NCBI GenBank assembly: GCA_043228905.1
Contig: JBHGNT010000003.1
Span: 4,588,001-4,652,000, forward strand
Source: Azolla caroliniana
Taxonomy: Eukaryota; Plantae; Polypodiophyta
Reading direction: 5' to 3'
DNA: 64,000 bases
Notes under the pieces: model-generated
What the model was told of the DNA's origin: nothing
Databases searched by the model: none
Seen by the model: the letters and a program-made list of their open reading frames with translations, nothing else
Translations under genes and position numbers: made by a program
In this document: in pieces, positions 40,107 through 51,800 of the stretch
Numbering within the stretch: position 1 is the first letter of the stretch
Layout: every line of letters starts with the position of its first letter

Positions 40107-41299
40107 AATGTAATATTTTTGGTCTCATAGGTCATATTTGACCTCCAAAGACGATAATATAATCTATCTATCTATCTATCTATCTCTTCCTCTCTCGTGA
40201 GTCTTACGCAGTCAGTCCTCTTAGTACTAATAGTACTTCCCTTCTCTAGTACTGATTCTCCTTTTGTTTTAGTACTATTCCTGACAGTTTGAACCAATTT
40301 TCTCCCTCTGGTCTTCTTTTCGGTTTCCCTCATCCTCTTACCCCTTTTTCCAATACTATGGCTACTGTTAGCGCCCAAGAATATCAATCCGTTTTTTCCG
40401 AGCTTCAATGTCTAAAAGAAAAATTCGTTGCATTGGAACAAGAAAACCAACGATTGTTAGGGGATCTTCAATAAATTGCTTTAGAAAAATAGCAAATGCA
40501 GCAACAACATGGGGAGTTGCAACAACAACATGGGGAGTTAGCGTTACGTGTGCAACAACTCGAAGCAACCATCGTAGCGTTGCAACAATAGGGATCAAGT
40601 CCCCAAAGACTTCATAAAGAGCCCAAGATTGGACTTCCTATGAGATTCGATGGAACATGATCACAATTCAAAGGATTCCTTAATTAGTTATGTTTAGTCA
40701 TTCAGATGCATCCTTCCCAATACCTCATTGATGCATCCCGAGTAGGCTTAATGGGCACGTTGCTCAACAGATATCCCTTGGGATGATCAAGCACTAATTG
40801 AGTAGTTTCGCTATGGCCTGTGAAACGACGTCAAAGATTTACTTTTAACCTTCCCCGAAGAACCAAAATCTCTCATAGAGGCAATCAGTTGAGCGGTTCG
40901 ATGCGACAACCGTCTTTTTGAACGACATTCGGAACGACAATTACAAATACCACGGACTAGGTTCGAGCCCACATATGCCTTAGTTGCAGCTAAACCGTTT
41001 GCACGAGATGTATCTTAGGCAAATACTCTGACACCGATGGAAATCGACACCATGCGTCGACGTGGCCCATTATCTGAAGAAGAAAAGCAACGACGACGTG
41101 CAAATCGATTATGTCTTTATTGCGGTGGACCAGGGCATATCGCAATCAACTGTCCCCATAGGCCAAGAAGACAAGTAAATCAAATCGTAGCTTGTACTAA
41201 ACCCGAGTCAATTCCCTTAGGAGAGTTTGATAGTATTAATAGTACTGATAGCCCAAGTATCTTAAACAAATATGAAATCCTTAGTCAATTAGAGGAAGA

Positions 41300-41344
41300 G
41301 TTAAATGACTAAGTCCAGCCAAAATAGGAGCCGTTTGGTTGGAC
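41300..41344 (+). promoter_or_regulatory. Putative -1 ribosomal frameshift signal at the gag/pol junction of gypsy D
   Basis: G TTA AAT heptamer, 6-nt spacer, 11-bp hairpin gtccagccaaa/tttggttggac; protease lies in the -1 frame. Confidence 0.65.
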
Positions 41345-44300
41345 AACCCTAGATCTGTGCAACCCATTAGTGGTTCCATTCCCTCTAAGCAAGTTAGCAA
41401 TGTGTTCTTCGCCCAAGTCATGGTTAGTACTAAAAGTACCCCTCTAGTACATGTCTTAACACTTTTAGATTCCGGAGCCAATTCTTGTTTCATGGATCGG
41501 AATTTTGCCCAAGCTTCTTAGATATCCTTAAGAAAACTTCCTTGCCCCGCATATGTAGTAGTCATTGATGGTCATCCCATTGCTTCTGTGAATATCGTAG
41601 AAGAGTCAGAACCCATTCAAGTTGTCGTAGATAGCTTTGTGTGTGTGGTATCATTTAATATAATTAGTAGTCTAGAGCATCCCATTGTCCTGGGATTAGA
41701 TGTTGGGAAATCGGTCCCTCCGGATGGGATCCGGTTATGAATGAAGAGGACCTGGTGAGAACCGGAAGAGATACAGAAACTTGAGGAGACTCGGTGAGAA
41801 TAGGAAGAGAAGACATACTTGTAAATATGTTTTGAGTAAGCCTATTGAGGCTATATTTGTAAATAGCCCTAAGTTCATATAAGTATAAATATGACTTAGG
41901 GCAATAACTTTAGTGGTGTGGTGTTTTTGTCATATTGTTGTATGTGTATAACTGCGATACAAATAGAGAGTGAGAGAGAACGAGAGAGTAGCTATGAGCA
42001 CTTTCTGTTGTAACCGCCGTCTGGCAAAGATACAAAGCACGAGGTCATTGCCTCTGTGCCTCTACTTTGTATTTCCTCTCATATAGTGATAGTTGGAGTT
42101 CGTGGGCGCTCGTGGTTTTTCCCTATTAGGGTTTTCCACGTAAATATTCTGTAAATATTCTGTGTTTCACTCCCATTTCTGTGATTCAAGACTCGGTTCT
42201 GGCCGAGCAATATTCTGCACTATTCTTCACAATCTGGTATCGGAGCGAACAACACAGGAAATGGAAGAATCGTTCGGTGGCATGTTCAAGCTCACTGGTT
42301 CCAACTACTCAGTTTGGAAGTCAAAGATGAGGGATATGCTAGTGGTTAAAGATATTTGGTTGTCGGTACAGTTCAGGGACAAGAGATCGGATAAGATTGA
42401 CGCCACAGTGTGGGATGTGATGCACATGAAGACGACAATAGACATCCGCTGCTTCATCGACATGAGCCTGCACAACAACTTCAATGAAGAGAGCAAGGCT
42501 CATGAACTCTGGGAGAAGATCAACATCATGTTCCAGAACAAGAATGCCGTTAATCGGGTTTTAGTATTCCGAAAGCTAGTGAGGCTCCGGAACCAGGACG
42601 GCTCCACCATGTCCGAGCAGATGAATGCCTTCCTGGGGCTAATACACTAAGCAACCTCGTTGGAAGTACCTCTCGCTGATGAGGTACTCGCATTGCACCT
42701 GCTCAGTTCCCTCCCGGATAGCTGGGAGATGTTAGTTGTCATGTTGGACAACGCCGGGCTGGAAGGAAAACAGTCGTCCCTAGCAAGGGTAAAATCAAGC
42801 TTGCTAGATGAAGAAGCTCGCCGAAAGGACCGGAAGTCCGGAACCGATCTGAAGGCCTTGGTCACGAAAGATGACCACAACTGGGGAAGAGGCCGACATC
42901 GGAGTCCCCAAAACCGGGACAAGTCGGGGACGAGGTCGAAGTCAAGGGGAAGGCCTACTTGCTTCTACTGTGGGAAGCCGGGGCACTTCCAAAAGAATTG
43001 TCGGCATTACCAGAAAGGGAAAGAAACCGGCACTACCGATTTGAAGAAGAGTTCGGACCGAAACGTTTCGGACCGGAAAGGACCGAATCGGAAAGGAATG
43101 TCGGCGATCGTGGCAAGTGAAGAAGAACTGATGCTCATTACCGAGGAGAATGAGTTAAATCTTGTTGGCGACGAGACAACGTGGGTTGTCGATTCCGGAG
43201 CATCGTTCCACCTGACACCGGACTGGAGATGCTTCTCATCCTACACAGTTGGAGATCACGGTTGTGTCCGGATGGGAAATGAAGGTATATGCCAAATTGT
43301 CGGCATAGGAGATGTGTTGTTGATGACATCAACCGGATGCAAGTTGCTATTGAAGGATGTCCGACAGGTTCTGGAGGTTCGTCTAAACCTGATATCAACT
43401 GATCGGCTAGATGATGAAGGCTACATGGGTAGCATTCGGAACGGAGTTATGTAGTTCAACAAAGGGAGCCTAATAGTGGCTCGAGCTCGGAAGGTCAACA
43501 CGCTATATCTGGTGCATGCCCGTATATGTCAGGAAGAAGTGAACGTAGCATTTGACACTACCGATGAGCTGTGGCACAAAAGACCGTGTCACATGAGCCA
43601 GAAGGGGATGAGAAGACTTACTGAAGACAACCTCATTCCGGAGGTGAAAGATGTGCTCTTTGAGAAGTGCACCGATTGGTTGGCCGGCAAACAAAACCAA
43701 ACTTCCTTCTGAACAAGACCAACGATGAGACGGAATGCACCACTAGAGCTGGTGCATACCAATGTGTGTCAAGTGGACACGAAGTCACATGCCGGAGCGC
43801 AGTACTTCGTGACGTTCATAGACGACCACAACTGGAAGCTGTGGGTCTCACCATTGAAGACGAATGATCAAGTGTTATCCGTCTTCAAGGAGCTCCATGC
43901 GAGAGTGGAAAGAGAAGTCGGCTGGAAGCAGAAGGCGGTTCGAGGAGATAACGGACGAGAATACCGGGGGTAGATCGAGGACTACTGCCGGTCGAAGGGA
44001 ATCCGACTTGAATTTACTGTGCCGAAGAGGCCGGAATTGAACGGGCTTGCTTAATAGATGAACCAGACTGTGATGGAGAGAGTCCGAAGCATGCTAGCAC
44101 ATGCAAAGCTACCCAAGACATTTTGGGCTGAGGCGCTGATGATGACGACGTAGGTGATAAACAGATCACCCTTAGTACCTTTGGACGGAGACACACCGTA
44201 AAGAGTATGGACCGGTAAGGACGTATCCTACCGGCATGTAAAGGTGTTCGGATGTCTCGCTTACGGGCATGTGGCAAAGGACAAGAGAAAGAAGCTGGAT

Positions 44301-44923
44301 CCGAAGTCCCGACCATGCATATTCCTTGGATACAACAATGATGAGTTTGGTTACTGGGTGTGGGATCTGGTCGACAAGAAGGTGTTCCGGAGTCGGGACA
44401 TAGTCTTCATGGAAGACAAGACCATTGCTGACTGGGAGTCGGAGAAGAAGGTGATGAACTCCGGATCATCCAATGAAAACCGGCTTGAGGACACACGGAT
44501 ATACCCGGTTGAAAACCGGATGTTAGCCGGTAACCGGATGACACTCGACGAACCGTCCGTATACAAACAAGAAACCGATCCAACTGAAGAAGAAGAAGAC
44601 ACTGGAACCGGACAAGATCCCGAATTGGATTCGGATTCGGAACAAACGGAGGGTCTGACAGTCAGAAACTAGGGACGGAGATATCCTCTCCGAGAGAGAA
44701 GAGCCCCCCGGAGATTTCCGAATGCAGAGCATGTGTTGCTAACCAATGAGGGGGAGTTGGAAAGCTTTGAAGAAGCAAAGACAGACACCCACAACCACAA
44801 GTGGTTGAGTGCCATGCAGGATGAGATGGATTCCCTGCATGAGAACCACCCACATGAACTGATGGAGTTGCCGAAAGGGAAGAGAGCATTCCGGAACAAG
44901 CTGAAACCGGGAGATGTCATGAT

Positions 44924-44991
44924 ATGGCAAGACTCGAACCCATGACCTTATGTTACATGGGTCAAGCTCTTGACCATTACACTATCTATTG
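44924..44991 (-). ncRNA. tRNA-derived cassette (Pol III A and B boxes) inside the gypsy E LTR
   Basis: A box TAGTGTAATGG (44984-44974), 33-nt spacer, B box GGTTCGAGTCT (44940-44930). Transcription not demonstrated. Confidence 0.55.
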
Positions 44992-45249
44992 TAATACTTA
45001 GGATATTATTTTTATTTATGTTTTACTATAGAAAATTAATGTATATTCCATATTTCTCTGGAACATTCTAGAAGCTTCAGGACTACTCCTGAGAACACTA
45101 TAAAAGGAGGCACAAGGCATTATTTCGAACCAAATCGGTTCAATGCCAGTTTGAAGCCTCCCAGCCTTCCTTGTATATTCTTCTCACATAATATATCGCT
45201 GTCATCATCATTTCCTCTCCCTCGATCTCTCACACACACACTCTCTCTC

Positions 45250-47590
45250 CATGAACACAGTGGCCCCTATACATAAAGGGGGGGATCCCATGGACCCAAA
45301 TACATATAGGACCATTATGATAGGTCATACCCTTGCTAAATTATATGGAGGTAGAGCTTAGTGATTATCTAGAGACCTTAAATCTTTGCGCACCTGAACA
45401 AGCTGGCTTTAGACGAGCTTTCTCTAGTGTTGATCATATCTTCACACATAGATGCTTAATTGACTAGACTAAGGCTCGCACGAAGAAATTATATTGTTGT
45501 TTTGTGGACTTCCGCAAAGCCTTTGACACAGTCCCTATGGAGTGGTTGTTTGATAGGCTTAAAAGCTTGAGGATACCAGATGATATGGTTTGGACCATCT
45601 ACGCACTATATGAACAAGTGTCCGGTTGTGTTCGATACCCAGCTAGCCTCACCGATTGTTTCACTAGCACTATTGGTGTAAAACAAGGTTACCCCCTATC
45701 TTCGACTCTTTTTGGGATCTACATTGATGAGATCATAGATTTTATTGCTCGTAAGGGAGGCAATGGAGTAGTCCTTTGGGATACGCAGGTTCATATCTTG
45801 CTCTATGCAGATGACATAGTATTGCTCTCTGAATCTGAACACGACCTACAAAGGCACCTTAATGCCTTAGATGACTTTTGTGCACAATGAGGATTGGTAG
45901 TGAATCTAGGGAAAACTAAAGTCCTTATCTTCCACACGTTGGCCCAAGTTAGAGCTAAGTGTCACCTAACTATCTCCCATAGCCCCAGTTGAGGTGGTTG
46001 GATCATATGTCTATCTCGGAGTCACTTTCAGTGCCCGCTCAGGTAAATTTTCGATGACACAAGCAGCGAAGTATAGACTTATGAGAGGACATGCATCCCT
46101 CTCACTCCTCGAGAGACAATGCTATCAAGCATACTTCCAAGAGCCACAGACTAAAGGGTGGCTCTTTAACTCATTAGTGACTCCCTCCCTCATGTATACA
46201 ATAACGGTTTGGGCTCCAGGACTACCATCTTTCATGTGGACGCAATTAGAGAGATCATTGGTGATGATGTTATGACGCCAACTCTGAAGCAAATCAACAG
46301 TCGCACATGACATTATTAGGGTTGAGTTCACTCTTCCCCCGATGTTAGTAGAAGCAGTTTTTCAACTTGTAGTCTTTATCCACAAGATACATAGCCAACC
46401 ACATGATAGAATATCCCATCAAGCCTTTAAGGCCTCTCGATCACTATATGAGTTCGGCTATACTAGCTCATGGTATGACATGATGGTGAGTTGGCTTCTT
46501 GCGAACGGTCTAGACATTAATAACCTCCCCCCCCCCCCCTTAAGTACGACCACGTGATTAATAACACTTTAATCTCTCATGAGGACCGAAATAAAGTAAT
46601 ACGCCAAGAAATATGGCAAATTTACACTCGGTATAAATGGATCACCCCACTAGAACCACTCCCATCTAAAATGTTGTACTATAAGGAACACTTCATGCAC
46701 TTCTCTAAGTTAGGTTTTATTACATGGCCAAAATACCTAGATGTATTCTTACCACATGCACTAAGGGTTGTCATTGGTCAACTTAGAATATCATCTCACC
46801 AACTTGAGATTGAGCATGGACGTATTAATGGAGTCCCTAGGGAGGAAAGAATATGTAGGTTATGCCATGTAGAGATAGAGGATGAGTACCACTTTACATG
46901 CAAATGTCCCACCTATGCCGAGATAAGGGCCAAATACCAAGACATACTTGGTTCCTCTCCCACCCTCGCTAAACTTTTAGATACACTAGATATAAAGAAA
47001 TTAGGCAGATACATCCTAGAATTAAAACAACATAGAGAGAATAAGTTACAAAATGTTTACAATAGGGTTGCTAATGTTCACCAACATGTAACAAATGAAG
47101 TCTTTCAGGAACAGGGGGAGACAACGAATGTCGACACACCTGCACCACTCGGGGTTTTCCTTGATGAAGCAGAAAATCAAAGAAGAACAAAATGCCCTAG
47201 GATGTTGGGTTTCAAAGCAACTCGATGTGATGTAGAAGCAATAAAGAAAATAAGGGAACGTGAGCTACACCACCTAGAAGCCATGGTTGGGGCACTCTAT
47301 ACACCGGGACCATGGGTCACACCCACACCAAAACCCTTTGACCTCCCACTTCTTTTCGAGAGGCTTGGGTGGAAATGCAATTAGGCTTAGTGCAAAGTCA
47401 CTTCTTTTTTATCAAGTATACTATGTTTTGTACACGACTAGAACTCTTTTAGCTTAAGCTATTTTTACTTTACTTTTATTTTAGTTTTGATCATTGGATA
47501 AATACCCATTCTTGTTGTAAACCAACTATCTCATGGGCCAATTCTGGCCTTAGAAGATGTTAATATAACTTTCTTTCTTCTTTCTTTCTC
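45250..47590 (+). mobile_element. 5'-truncated degenerate LINE 2 (different subfamily) with (CTTT)n tail, in a (TC)n tract
   Basis: Starts inside RT (PIHKGGDPMDPNTYRTIM); DFRKAFD, KQGYPLS, LLYADD, RISSHQLEIE, RICRLC...EDEYHF..KC; AATATAA then (CTTT)n. Confidence 0.9.
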
Positions 47591-48388
47591 TTTCTCTCTC
47601 TCTCTCTCTCTCTCCTTCTCTCGATGTTCTACACCCTCTATTCCTCCTAATAATAATATTCCTCTCTTAGTACTAATTTCTTCTGTGTCTCAGTACATTC
47701 CTGATAGTTTGAACCGATTTTCCTCCTTCTGTCTCCTCCTTTCCTCCTCTTCCTTTTATCTTCTTACATATCCCCTTTTTTCCGGTATTCTTTCCGGTTT
47801 CCCTCATCTTCTTACCCCTTTTTTCCCTTCATACTAATCCTCTTATCCTCCCTAGTAAAATGGAAACTGTTAGCGCTCAGGAATACCAATATGTTTTCTC
47901 GGAGCTCCAGTGCTTAAAAGAGAAATTTGTAGCACTAGAACAAGAAAATCACCGTTTTTTGGGGGATCTTCAACAAATAGCGCGAGAAAAACAACAACAA
48001 CACGGGGAGCTGATGTTACGTGTACAACAACTTGAAGCGACTATTGTATCACTACAACAACAAGGATCAAGCACTCAAGGGATTCACAAAGAACCCATGA
48101 TCGGACTTCCTGCAAAATTTGATGGGACCCGATCACAATTTAGAGGTTTTTTGAATCAGGTACGTTTAGTGATTCAAATGCATCCTTCTTGATATCCCAC
48201 CGATGCATCACAAGTGGGACTAGTAGGCACTCTACTTAGTGGCTCAACATTGGCATGGTTCACTCCGTTGTTAGAAAAGGAATCTCCATTACTAAACAAT
48301 TTTGAAGAATTTATAAGTGAGTTTAAAGCCTATTTTGGAGATACTGATAGCATAAGGACAACAATCAACAAAATCCGACGATTACGCC

Positions 48389-48808
48389 TGTTACCGGCCG
48401 GCAAGGAGTCCAAAATACGGAGTGAAGGAATTAATTAGATATGGTTGTAAATGAGCATAGTGTGGACTGACGGACTGGAAACGGTATGCCGTTCCAGATC
48501 CGGACGGATCCCGAATAGGTGCGAGAAGCACCGTTTTGTACTACGGGCCGGAAACCTATTTAAAGGCCCGGACCCTATTGTAATGACAGCGGATAATTAA
48601 TAGAGATTCTGATGTTTATATTTCTGTCTTGATTTCCGTTCTGTAATCACTGTTATATCTTACGCGTGTAATTAACCAAAGCAATCTAATCGTGTAACCT
48701 ACGTAAGTCGGTGTAATCGTTGAATCTTAATCCTATGCCGTAATCACCCTTTGGTGAAGTGTCTCCGTGACACCTTGTGTTAGGCCTTGTCCGGCTAAGA
48801 GAATAACA
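48389..48808 (+). repeat. 5' LTR of element F
   Basis: TGTTA...TAACA, 420 bp, repeated at 57801. Confidence 0.97.
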
Positions 48809-48814
48809 CAGTTT

Positions 48815-48825
48815 TGGCGACCACG
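48815..48825 (+). promoter_or_regulatory. PBS of F (TGGCGACCAC), probably tRNA-Arg
   Basis: 6 nt after the LTR; complementary to a ...GTGGTCG-CCA 3' end, recalled for plant tRNA-Arg(UCG) but not verified. Confidence 0.65.
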
Positions 48826-48859
48826 ATTCCTGCTTTCTCGCAGCGAACGACGGTAATGG

Positions 48860-51800
48860 ATGACTAGACCAACGCACGACTTGGTTACAGACCGAGCTCG
48901 ACGCATCGCCGAACGGCAAAGACGGCGTGAGACTTTCCAGCAAGCAGCGCAGGAAATTCGCTCGGATCGTTCGTTCTCCAACGAGATCCGGAGAGTCGCG
49001 GAGGAATCTCTCCGGTTACGGCAAACTCGCGACCAGGACGACGGAAGCAGTCTAAGTAGTCTCCGGGAAACCGAACGACTCCTGGAGGCGCTGGCAAGCG
49101 GAGAAAACGAGGCAGAAGCCTTTTCAGCCTACGAATCAGATTCCGAAGGGGGATACAGCGTGCACACGAACTACCGGAGCAGCAACGATACCCCCGGCGG
49201 CCCGGAAGACGACGGATCGGATACCGTGCCGACTCCAGAACCGGAACCGCTCAACCAGGGCTATCCGGAACCGCAAACGGAAGCCGTCAACCCACCAACA
49301 CCGGAAGCGGAAGAAGCAAAGCCACCAACACCAACGAAAGAGCCGGCAAAAGTACCGGAAGAAGAGCCGGAAAAAGAACCGGAAGTGGAACCGGAGAAAG
49401 AACCGGAAAAATATCAACAAACGCCACTAAACCGCGGTTTAATACTGGACGACGACATGCCGTTCCAATACTCAAAGTACCGCGATGATCCGGATGCGGA
49501 AGCGCATGTGGATGACTTCGAGCAGACATGGGAAGCAAATCACACGTCCCAGCGAATGACACCGGAGGAAGAAGAACGCTCGAAGATAGCGGAATTCGGA
49601 GTCACGTTGGAGGGACCAGCGACACGATGGCGGCGGTCGCAGGACCCGGCGACCATCACAACATTTGCAGAATTAAAAGCAAAATTCTTGCATTTTTTCC
49701 ACAAGGAGGTCGACCAGACGACAATGGTGGGCCTGTTTTATACGATCCGACAGGAGGGAGGGGAAAGCATTCCCCAATTCGTCATCCGTTTCCAACGAAT
49801 GCATAGCCAGCTTGCCCGTGCACCCCCGGAGGAGGAATTACGGACAATATTTTTAAACGCACTCCGGGAACCGTTACGCACGGTGTGTACGGTAATCGAC
49901 TTTCGAGGATGCACCATCGACCAGGTCATTGACCGGGTCAGAGAAATGGAAAAGACAAGCTCATGGCTTACGCTGGGAACACTGCAACGGGCGTTACCCA
50001 CCGAGGAAGATCTCCGGTTCCGGCAGGCAATTCAATGCACAATCTGCTTGAATGCCGGACACTCGGCAGTAGAGTGCACCATGCGCACTCAGTGTGTGAT
50101 TTGTCAATCCAAGAGTCATACAACGGACCGGTGCGAGTACAACCTGTTAAATCGACAAGCACCACCCGTCCGACGGATCGAGCCAAGAAGCAGCCGAGAC
50201 GAAGATGACGATCGTTGGCAAAGAGGGAACCGGTACCCACCGGCACAAGATGTCCGGTACGGAGACAGGCAAGAGAATGATGGCCGGTACGGGAATCGGC
50301 GTGATAACTACGACCGGTATGAGCGATCGGACCGTTATCGAGAGCCCAACAGGCGACACGAGCAATACGACAGAGACCATTCCCCTGGTTACCGAAGGCA
50401 CCAGGAGGACTACGGCCGATGTTACGATCCACCACGGCTGGACTACCGAAATAAACATAAGAATAATAAGAAACGTAACTTCAAGAAAGGTGGTCACCCT
50501 AGGGACCCGGAACATGGAATCCCAAGGGGCCAACCGGCACAGAACGCACCACTCGCTACGGGACCAACTCCGACTACCAGCAATGCTGAATCCAGCAATA
50601 CCCGTAAAGAGTACTGCTACTACTGCAGGCAGGAAGGCCACTACAGTAACCAGTGCCCGGTCAAGAGCTACGAGAAACGACCAGCAGTTAATATGGTGGT
50701 TCCGGAAGTGACGGATGTACAGCAAGTAACCACACGGTCGAAAGGCATGACCAAAGAGTGGGAAACACAAGAGGCCATACGAAAACAGGCGACGGAATGG
50801 GTGAAGGAAGCCAATGAAAAGAACGTCGCGGACGCGCAACGGCAAAAGGCAAATACCATAGGGAGTGCCGGCGGTAGCCACCCAGAAAACGAGACATGGC
50901 AGGCACTGCAAGAATGTCAGATCACGTTGCCGTTAGGAAGACTCTTGCAGCTCGTGCCGCGATTTACGGAAGGGCTAAAAACGAGCATGACAGACGGCAT
51001 AGCCCCACCGGCACCAGTCCTCTTCTCGAACCCGGAGGAGGGACCGACGGTAGTGGACACTAGTAGTCCGGCGATTACAGCTATTGTCAAAGGGCACGAA
51101 CTTCCCGGCACGGTAATCGATGGAGGTTCCGGGGTGAACGTAATAAGCCTCCGTACGTGTGATGCCTTGGGAATACATGAATGGGAGCCATGCCCGTTCT
51201 GGCTACGGATGGCGGATACGAGTTCGGTACGACCGACGGGTTTAATACGGAAATTGGAAGTCACCATAGGAGGCCACACATTTCACATCTCGGCTGTAGT
51301 GCTGCAGCTACAGGCGCAAGGCGCGTACCCACTGTTGCTGGGCAGACCATGGTTGAAAACTGCACACATCAAGCAAAATTGGCGGAAAAATATGATCACC
51401 TTCCGGCGCGGAAAAGCCAAGGTCCGGGTTCCGACACAACCACGGACGAGCAACGGTAAGGAATGCACACCGCTGTACGCGGAATGTGTGAACATGCTTG
51501 AAGGATTGGCAGACGACGAAGAAGCCCAGTACTTGGAGGAACATCCGAAGATCGTACCACTCTTCGAGATTGACGTAGCTGAAGCCGTAGCCGCATACTT
51601 GCCGCAGCGGGACGACACCGAAGCCGAACCAGACAAAGATGCGATTCGGGAATTACGGCAAGCACAGGAAGCGTTGGAACGGGAAATGGCCGTTTCCCAA
51701 CGGGTAAAAGCATCCCAGCTCGACGAAGTGAACCTAGGAAGCAAAGACGAATCAAAGCCGGTACACATCGCCAAAGAAATGAAGCTGGAAGATAAAGCGG

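Larger units (their letters stand above)
35590..40184 (+). mobile_element. Near full-length LINE 1 (APE-RT type, RTEX/CR1-like) with (TCTA)n tail, inserted in a (TC)n tract
   Basis: 5' UTR, ORF1, ORF2, 3' stem-loop, AATATAA and (TCTA)n at 40163-40184; (TC)n upstream at 35549-35589. Confidence 0.92.

Noticed and set aside
31474-47620. Segmental duplication explaining the repeated copia > gypsy > LINE pattern
   Set aside because: Insertion points differ (B 3' LTR versus start of C RT) and the two LINEs are different subfamilies.
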